A DNA stretch of 64,000 nucleotides, from assembly GCA_035478615.1 (NCBI GenBank), contig DATIJN010000140.1, positions 56,088 to 120,087 on the forward strand, given 5' to 3'. Made by a program: the position numbers and the translations under genes. The notes under the pieces were generated by a model. That model was given only the letters and a program-made list of their open reading frames with translations, ran no database searches and was not told the DNA's origin. Below are positions 57,402-64,000 of this stretch, piece after piece; position 1 is the stretch's first letter, and each line of letters starts with the position of its first letter. This DNA comes from Candidatus Saccharimonadales bacterium. Lineage in GTDB: Bacteria > Babelota > Babeliae > Babelales > Chromulinivoraceae.

Positions 57402-58157
57402 TTAAATTACAATTTGATTTAAATGATATGTCAAATCGTAAAGTAAATTGGGTTGTTTTAATAAAATTGATGCTTGTTCCACCTCAATCCACTGGCGATC
57501 ATTGACTTCTTTATGTTGTAAAAGGAGTGGTAATTGAGGTTCATGATCAATAACATAAACCCAACACCGTGTTTCAATCATTTTACAGGACAATGTTTTA
57601 ATCGTTTCCGTTATGATATAATCATTTGATATATAAACAGGTGGTGGTAATGTTATTTCGACTTCTTCTGTAAATTCTCGTATTGCACATAATAACCCAT
57701 CATTTTTATCTTCAGGACTCAATCGACCTTTAGGCCAAGTCCATTTTAATTCTTGATACGCTGGATTTTTTGATAAAACATCATCGATGATATTTTTGGA
57801 TTCCAAAAATCTCACATAACCATATTCTACATCTTTTTCATCTAAACCAATATGATTGATGCAAAATTCTGTATAATATTGTTTATCGTTGATGATTAAC
57901 TTTTTAAACATGTCATGTTCATTTAACGTCGTATTGGGTAGTAAAAGAGGTATTAATGATGGACGATAATATCCGGTTAGTATTAAAAGAGATTCTACAC
58001 TATGTAATCGTTGGACAACAATAACACGTTTTGTATTGATGGCATAAACGATTAATCCGTATGAAATTATTTTTGTATTTTCAAATGGTGTTTCGGTTAC
58101 AAGACGTGGATAAAAAATATGCACTTTTTTATCGTTATTATTATAATTATTAATCAT
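57402..58157 (-). CDS. Nudix hydrolase, Dcp2/poxvirus D9-D10-like (putative mRNA decapping enzyme)
   Basis: WTWPKGRLSPEDKNDGLLCAIREFTEEVEI matches the Dcp2 Nudix box WGFPKGK..x..E....CAIREV.EETGF. Confidence 0.7.
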   Translation of the reverse strand: MINNYNNNDKKVHIFYPRLVTETPFENTKIISYGLIVYAINTKRVIVVQRLHSVESLLILTGYYRPSLIPLLLPNTTLNEHDMFKKLIINDKQYYTEFCINHIGLDEKDVEYGYVRFLESKNIIDDVLSKNPAYQELKWTWPKGRLSPEDKNDGLLCAIREFTEEVEITLPPPVYISNDYIITETIKTLSCKMIETRCWVYVIDHEPQLPLLLQHKEVNDRQWIEVEQASILLKQPNLLYDLTYHLNQIVI

Positions 58158-58161
58158 TTAG

Positions 58162-58181
58162 TAAACTTAATAATAAGTTTA
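58162..58181. promoter_or_regulatory. Palindrome in a head-to-head spacer
   Basis: taaactta-ataa-taagttta. Confidence 0.3.
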
Positions 58182-58207
58182 AATAAATTTGTTTATTAAT
58201 TAAAATT

Positions 58208-59143
58208 ATGTCCAATACTGATTTGTTTGATCGAGAAATCAAAGCTTTATTTGATCAATCTATTGAAACATTAACAGAACGTTATGGTAGTACGGTCATC
58301 GGTAAAGGTAAAAAAGAAATCACTTGTTTAAATCGATACAAAGCGATTTATAAGGCGATGACACCATCCGAATTTCATGATGATTTTAAAACACTTTTTG
58401 AAAAAAAGAAAAGTGTCATATTGAAATCACTCGATGATGATACATGGTTGAAAAATGATAATATCGTGATTAAATTTGGTGAAAAAATTAAAGCATTACG
58501 TGATAAATGTGAAAATATTAAAATTATGCTATCCAATATTTACAATGCTGCTCTTGAATTGCAAGAAATGACAAAAAATAATTTAGAAGATTTGAGTGAA
58601 AATTTAGTTTCTGATATCGTTGCAACCACTGGTAAAAACTTAATAAGACCACCCATCATTTTATTACATTTATTGCGTATTTTTTATGCCATTGTCGATG
58701 ATGAAGATAAAATACAACTTGCACCGCTTATCAATACGTTGGAGACAGAGCTGAATGTTAAAAACCGCACTATTAAAAATACAATCATACAATCGGCAGC
58801 CGCCGATAATAATTCAAATGCTGTAGATGGTATTGCTTCTATATTCAATATGGTTACTTCTGCCTTAAAAAATGCAGGTGTTGCTATGCCTGATGAAATT
58901 CAAGCACCAACAACACAACAATTTAGCGATATTATTTCTTCTTTTGCTAATAATGAAGGTATTAAAACGGCTTTTCAAGGTATAGCACAAGCGTTAAATA
59001 CGAGCGGATTAAATGGTGGCACCGAATTGAACAATTTAAATCAATTTGCACAAAATGCTTTACAAAATATTTTAAAACCTGATACGTTACAAATGGTTAA
59101 AGAATCAGTTTTACAAACGGCTGAAATTGCAAAGGAATCATAA
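58208..59143 (+). CDS. Hypothetical protein
   Basis: ATG ORF of 311 aa. Confidence 0.5.
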   Translation: MSNTDLFDREIKALFDQSIETLTERYGSTVIGKGKKEITCLNRYKAIYKAMTPSEFHDDFKTLFEKKKSVILKSLDDDTWLKNDNIVIKFGEKIKALRDKCENIKIMLSNIYNAALELQEMTKNNLEDLSENLVSDIVATTGKNLIRPPIILLHLLRIFYAIVDDEDKIQLAPLINTLETELNVKNRTIKNTIIQSAAADNNSNAVDGIASIFNMVTSALKNAGVAMPDEIQAPTTQQFSDIISSFANNEGIKTAFQGIAQALNTSGLNGGTELNNLNQFAQNALQNILKPDTLQMVKESVLQTAEIAKES

Positions 59144-59207
59144 AAATTTATTAATATGATTATATTTATTGTTAATATAATCATAATGACAAAGGTTGCC
59201 ACATGTT

Positions 59208-60032
59208 TTACATACCCATCCATACCTCGCTAAATGTATATTTTCTTATAAACAACAATTTTTTAATAATTTTATATTTATCCTTCACATTCTCCAAATG
59301 TTGTAAAGTATAATTGATATAGTCGTAAAAATGATTTGGTAATATTAATTCGTTTTCTGTATCCAACACAGATTTGTGATTTTTTAAGCCGTAATCCGCG
59401 ATTACTTCTACAACGGGTACGAGTGGAAAAGTTAATAAGGCTTGATCGATATTAATTGATTTTAATCCTTGTAATTTTTTAAGGTTGTTATCTTCATATG
59501 AATTATAAATAAATTCATGAATTTGAAGATACACACGTCGTATCATACTATCAAATAACAATTCAGCATTCACCCATTTAGGATATTGTTTATCAATCGG
59601 CCACGTTTCAGATACCAAATTAACAATATGAGTATATAAATCATTAAGTATTTGACTTAAATTTAAATTTGGTAGTAATTGGATATTATTTTTTGTACTT
59701 TTAATTAAAATTTGTTTTAACAAATCATTGTTTTTACAAACATGTTGATTGGTTTGTTTATCAGTTTTGCATAAATTTTTCAAATCTACATAATCTAACG
59801 TGGATAAATAATCAATGTTAAGAGAAGCAATGTATGCTAAATTTGGTTGGCTAAACTTTGGTTGATTAGTTTGTATTAACGTAATTTCCCTCGCGTAATC
59901 ATCTTTTTTAACGGTATTTAATTTATATTTATCTTTTAACATTTTATCAATATAATGTTTTGACAATCCGTTATAGGTTTTTGTTGATTGTAATATTTTC
60001 AACATATCCACAACGGTTACTTTGTTTGACAT
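59208..60032 (-). CDS. SAP-like + F-box-like family protein
   Basis: VDMLKILQSTKTYNGLSKHYIDKMLKDKYKLNTVKK then DYLSTLDYVDLKNLCKTDKQTNQHVC. Confidence 0.55.
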   Translation of the reverse strand: MSNKVTVVDMLKILQSTKTYNGLSKHYIDKMLKDKYKLNTVKKDDYAREITLIQTNQPKFSQPNLAYIASLNIDYLSTLDYVDLKNLCKTDKQTNQHVCKNNDLLKQILIKSTKNNIQLLPNLNLSQILNDLYTHIVNLVSETWPIDKQYPKWVNAELLFDSMIRRVYLQIHEFIYNSYEDNNLKKLQGLKSINIDQALLTFPLVPVVEVIADYGLKNHKSVLDTENELILPNHFYDYINYTLQHLENVKDKYKIIKKLLFIRKYTFSEVWMGM

Positions 60033-60072
60033 TTTACCATAAAAAAAAAATAAATTTGATCAATATTAATTT

Positions 60073-60369
60073 TTATACATATTCAACAGAATTTAATGAT
60101 TGAGATTCATCAGATTCATAAACGTTTTTAATTTCAAATTTTGTAATTTCTAAACATGTTTTAATCGGCATTTTAATATAAAATTTATTATTAAACTTTT
60201 CACATGTCATAATCATGAAACGCTCTGTAAATCCATCATCAATATAAGTATTCGTAATCATAGCACCAATGAGTTTGTTTGCTAATTGATGTTGGTTACT
60301 TTTTAAACATTTACATCCATCATAATTATAATTAATGATTTGGCAATATGGACATACGTATCTATTCAT
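60073..60369 (-). CDS. Hypothetical small protein
   Basis: ATG ORF of 98 aa with N-terminal CPYC...CKC. Confidence 0.4.
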   Translation of the reverse strand: MNRYVCPYCQIINYNYDGCKCLKSNQHQLANKLIGAMITNTYIDDGFTERFMIMTCEKFNNKFYIKMPIKTCLEITKFEIKNVYESDESQSLNSVEYV

Positions 60370-60424
60370 ATTTATCTTAACCTATTTAATTTTTTTTAAA
60401 CAAAATACATATAAATTGATTACT

Positions 60425-60442
60425 TTGATTAAATTTAATCAA
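60425..60442. promoter_or_regulatory. Perfect 18-nt palindrome in a head-to-head spacer
   Basis: ttgattaaatttaatcaa. Confidence 0.3.
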
Positions 60443-60452
60443 AATAATACAA

Positions 60453-60830
60453 ATGTGTTATTTTAATCAATTACCATTTGAATTAATTGCAACTATATTA
60501 AAACCATTAGAACCAAGTGATTGGATGCATGTTAAAGCAACGTGTAAGCAACAATTGGATACATTATCCAATATTTTATTGTTAAATCAAATGATGCCAT
60601 TTACCAATTGTCATCATCATGACAATTGGTTATACAATCTTCGTCATACTTGCAAAGTTTGTAAACATATAAAACAAATTTGGTATGATTATTTATGTTA
60701 TGATTGTTATTTATATCACGAACAATGTTGGAAATGTGGAGATTCATTTGTTACCAATTGTAAAACAATTCATTGTCATGAAATACATTTTACGTATTGT
60801 TGTGATACTTGGTATCCGTTTGAAGATTAA
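60453..60830 (+). CDS. F-box-like + Cys/His-rich finger protein, tandem paralogue 1
   Basis: PFELIATILKPLEPSDWMHVKATCKQQLDTLSNILLLNQ is identical in both copies. Confidence 0.55.
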   Translation: MCYFNQLPFELIATILKPLEPSDWMHVKATCKQQLDTLSNILLLNQMMPFTNCHHHDNWLYNLRHTCKVCKHIKQIWYDYLCYDCYLYHEQCWKCGDSFVTNCKTIHCHEIHFTYCCDTWYPFED

Positions 60831-60859
60831 TGATTCCATTTTATAAAATTATCATATAA

Positions 60860-61267
60860 ATGTTACATTTTCCATTTGAATTAATAGCAACTATATTAAA
60901 ACCATTAGAGCCGAGTGATTGGATGCATGTTAAAGCGACGTGTAAGCAACAATTGGATACATTATCCAATATTTTATTATTAAATCAAATCATGCCATTT
61001 ACAAATTGTCATCATCATGACGATTGGTTATACAGACTTCGTCATACTTGCAAAGTTTGTCAAAAATTAAGCATTCATTTGTATTATTTATGTTTTGATT
61101 GTTATATTCAACATGAAATGTGTTGGTCATGTAGTTATTCATTTGTTACAAATTGTAAAACGATTCATTGTCACGAACGACATTATACTTATTGTAACGA
61201 TTTAGGCGGTATGCCATGTATTAATGTTGATTGGAGTGAATATGATGAATCTGATGAATCTGATTAA
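60860..61267 (+). CDS. F-box-like + Cys/His-rich finger protein, tandem paralogue 2
   Basis: See 60453-60830. Has an acidic tail, SEYDESDESD. Confidence 0.55.
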   Translation: MLHFPFELIATILKPLEPSDWMHVKATCKQQLDTLSNILLLNQIMPFTNCHHHDDWLYRLRHTCKVCQKLSIHLYYLCFDCYIQHEMCWSCSYSFVTNCKTIHCHERHYTYCNDLGGMPCINVDWSEYDESDESD

Positions 61268-61292
61268 TAAAATAAATTTTGTTTATTAAAAT

Positions 61293-61997
61293 ATGTATGT
61301 TATTATCCTAAATCATTATACTAAAGCTAATGATACAAATTTATCATCATTAAAAAACTTATTCCATGATTCATTTTACAACATTGACATTTTAAAACTT
61401 GACGAACATGTTAAAGTATCCGACACTTTAACAATTCAAGAATGTGATGAAGTGATATTGTTTAAAAAAGCATTAAAGTTGGCTAAACATCAATCTAATC
61501 CAACGTTAATCATCAAAGATAACAGTATTTGTTTTAAATCTTGTATTAAAAATGATATTATCACTGCGTTACAATACGAAGCGGATTGTTATTTTTTATG
61601 CGCATGGCAAGAATCGTGTTATCAATATGTGCATATTGATAACACATCCATGAAATGGACGAACGGCTCACCAGCAGTACAAGCACTCCTATTACAACCC
61701 CACACAATAAATCGTTTTTACAAAAAAATAAAACATAACCAATCGATTTCAACTTGTTTGTTGCAGATGATTAAAAAATACAAATATAAATGTATATCAT
61801 TTTACCCCAACTTAATTGAATTTGATATCCGATTGGCTACATCAAATGATGATTATTTAAAATTAAATCGTTATTTAGAAGATATCAATAGCGATAGCGA
61901 ATCTGATCAAACGACAGTGTGGATATTTTTATTTGCTATATTGATTATCTTGTTGGTTATTTTGGTACCTTATTTCAAACGCCATAGAACACTTTAA
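61293..61997 (+). CDS. Divergent GT25-like protein with C-terminal membrane anchor
   Basis: MYVIILNH..., LIIKDNSICF (compare LILEDDCNF in 45299-45928). C-terminal anchor is VWIFLFAILIILLVILVPYF. Confidence 0.4.
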   Translation: MYVIILNHYTKANDTNLSSLKNLFHDSFYNIDILKLDEHVKVSDTLTIQECDEVILFKKALKLAKHQSNPTLIIKDNSICFKSCIKNDIITALQYEADCYFLCAWQESCYQYVHIDNTSMKWTNGSPAVQALLLQPHTINRFYKKIKHNQSISTCLLQMIKKYKYKCISFYPNLIEFDIRLATSNDDYLKLNRYLEDINSDSESDQTTVWIFLFAILIILLVILVPYFKRHRTL

Positions 61998-62023
61998 AAA
62001 TGATTGATTAGTCAATCATTTTT
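61996..62023. terminator. 12-bp stem hairpin
   Basis: aaaaatgattga-ttag-tcaatcattttt. Confidence 0.5.
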
Positions 62024-62051
62024 TAAAATTAAATGTTTTTTTATTTTATAA

Positions 62052-64000
62052 ATGGATGTTGAATTACAAGTTTATCAACCTGATTTGGTTGATTATTTAA
62101 ATCAACACCAATTGATTAATTTGAATCCACGTTATGCTTTAATCAATTACGATATTAAATTGTTAAAAGATGTGTATGACAAAATGGATAAAGTTGATTT
62201 TCTTGATTTATGCCCACGTAAAACGTTGGATATTAATACATTATTTTTCAAACAAACCAATGTGCAAATTGAATTAGGTACAACGCCTAAATTTACTGAT
62301 TCTATTGTAGCATTTGATACGCAAATGGTGGCATCAAATGATGTACCTATGCAAATTTTATTCAATGATGATTCAATGGAAGTGATTGATTTGGCTACAG
62401 TGGCTATAGAACTTGGTATTAAAGTGAATATGAATCAAAATACATTGATTAAATATTGTAAAGATAACAATGTAGATGGTTATTTGACGTTTGTCAAATA
62501 TGATCCGACTTTTCATAAAACACCATTTACGGATGTCATTAATGATATAAAAAATAATACATCGTTGATGCCTACTTTTTATATCATGAATGACAAAAAA
62601 TATGGCATTACAAAGTTGAAAAATTTAAGTTTAATAAAATCACATGTTAATAAATTATTTAACATATTATTGTGTAAGATTGAACATTTAGTTTATCAAA
62701 CATATCATTTTAAATTAAAACCAATATTACTTGATAAAGTTTTATTTAAACAATTATCACTGATCGATGATGGTGGTGAAGACCATCCTTTATCTATTAT
62801 TTTTGATACAAAAAAGACATCTTATTTTAATTTACTCCTATTAGATAAAACCAATTTAACTGACCCATGTGCTATTAATATTGAAGAGATTGTCAATATT
62901 GAAGAGATTGTCAATATTGCCAATATTTCCAATTTAGAAGTATTTACATCGATGATCATGATTCATGATCATGTCTATAAAACTGAAAATATATTTGACA
63001 CGTTGTTAACAAAAATAGCGGTAAAGTTTAAAATACATCCGTTTGTATTTATACATTATCAATTTATTTATCAAATACCTGGTTATGAACAATACACATT
63101 ATTATTATTAAATATGTATTATAAAAACAAAGATGATATTATTCGTATTATAAGAAATATTGATAAAAAGATAATCAACCAAATACATCGTCGTTATCGT
63201 GAAACTGCAAAAGGAATGAAGAAGACACAAGTGAATTTTATTAATTTACAATACATTCCCTCTGTTTATGACATAATAATAGATATCATTTTTAGTAAAT
63301 TAAATCGAATGAATTATACTCATGCTGTAAATATAATCACCGGTGTTAAAGATGATAAACATATTTACAATTATTTTAATTTGGATAATTTCTACCACCA
63401 CACCATCACACACCAATTTAACAAAGCAAAAATATTGTATCAATATTTATTGAATGATATAACAACATATAAAAAATCACCAACCATTCATTTAAAATTT
63501 TTTAAATGGGTTGCTAAACTAAACGGTGATGATCATATTGTTGAATTTATCAACAACAAAATTGTTGATATTTATGATGTTTATAAATCCTATATCGGTG
63601 GTAAAATTTTATTCAATACATTATTTGATTTTTTAGGTAGTGATGATATTTATGTTTATTATCGTGATTTGGCTGAAATTTATAACATCAACCCCTATTT
63701 ATTAGCCAGTTATTATGATATCACATTGTTAAATGATTTTGAATCATATAGATTAGATAAAATTAAAAATAACATCAATACATTTGATGAGTTAGTTGTA
63801 AAGTTAGAAAGATTAAAAGTGCAAATCATCATCGTGAAGGCAATGACTTTGATTGCTGATTATTATCAACTTAATAAAACGATGAATGATATAAAAAAGT
63901 TTTTACTTTTTTATGTTGAAAAGCTAATCACAAATGATTTAAATTTAATCAATTCAAAAACAAGACAAATTATCATTGATAATCAATTTAATTGGTATCA
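62052..64000 (+). CDS. Large hypothetical protein, 5' part (runs off the right edge; absent from the ORF track)
   Basis: ATG at 62052. I translated 649 codons to the window end without meeting a stop. Confidence 0.6.
   Translation, partial: MDVELQVYQPDLVDYLNQHQLINLNPRYALINYDIKLLKDVYDKMDKVDFLDLCPRKTLDINTLFFKQTNVQIELGTTPKFTDSIVAFDTQMVASNDVPMQILFNDDSMEVIDLATVAIELGIKVNMNQNTLIKYCKDNNVDGYLTFVKYDPTFHKTPFTDVINDIKNNTSLMPTFYIMNDKKYGITKLKNLSLIKSHVNKLFNILLCKIEHLVYQTYHFKLKPILLDKVLFKQLSLIDDGGEDHPLSIIFDTKKTSYFNLLLLDKTNLTDPCAINIEEIVNIEEIVNIANISNLEVFTSMIMIHDHVYKTENIFDTLLTKIAVKFKIHPFVFIHYQFIYQIPGYEQYTLLLLNMYYKNKDDIIRIIRNIDKKIINQIHRRYRETAKGMKKTQVNFINLQYIPSVYDIIIDIIFSKLNRMNYTHAVNIITGVKDDKHIYNYFNLDNFYHHTITHQFNKAKILYQYLLNDITTYKKSPTIHLKFFKWVAKLNGDDHIVEFINNKIVDIYDVYKSYIGGKILFNTLFDFLGSDDIYVYYRDLAEIYNINPYLLASYYDITLLNDFESYRLDKIKNNINTFDELVVKLERLKVQIIIVKAMTLIADYYQLNKTMNDIKKFLLFYVEKLITNDLNLINSKTRQIIIDNQFNWY
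62880..62915 (+). repeat. In-frame 18-nt tandem duplication (IEEIVN x2)
   Basis: attgaagagattgtcaat occurs twice in tandem. Confidence 0.9.

Overview
Strongly AT-rich, gene-dense segment: about 85 ATG-initiated ORFs on both strands, with spacers mostly 20-100 bp. It reads as a giant-virus genome fragment (Nucleocytoviricota, Mimiviridae-like), not cellular or phage DNA. Supporting genes: a MutS7-type ATPase with a C-terminal HNH nuclease, a triphosphatase-guanylyltransferase-methyltransferase capping enzyme, Rpb5, a VLTF3-like factor, an Erv1/E10R-type thiol oxidase, an A22-type Holliday junction resolvase, a Dcp2-like Nudix hydrolase, an L1R-like myristoylated membrane protein and an AEP primase. 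Also present are four collagen-like (G-X-Y) genes, FNIP- and LRR-repeat genes, about 16 genes with an F-box-like N-terminus, and AT-rich palindromes in almost every spacer. I recognised no rRNA, tRNA, CRISPR array or transposase. Main points of interest: (1) the capping enzyme is a 1585-codon fusion carrying an OTU-like module (Ser in the nucleophile position) and two extra methyltransferase domains. (2) A second, catalytically degenerate copy of its triphosphatase-guanylyltransferase module lies 6.5 kb away. (3) Two adjacent membrane-anchored phosphoesterases (EEP fold and 2H fold). (4) An 88-aa tail-anchored protein with a Q-SNARE-like motif. (5) Three tandem small paralogues embedded in the collagen cluster. 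(6) Several decaying or split genes and duplicated terminator/promoter modules that record recent segmental duplication. All functional calls rest on motifs read by eye from the translations. No database search, alignment statistic or structure prediction was run. Eight ORF-track starts are TTG; I re-anchored those to the first in-frame ATG.
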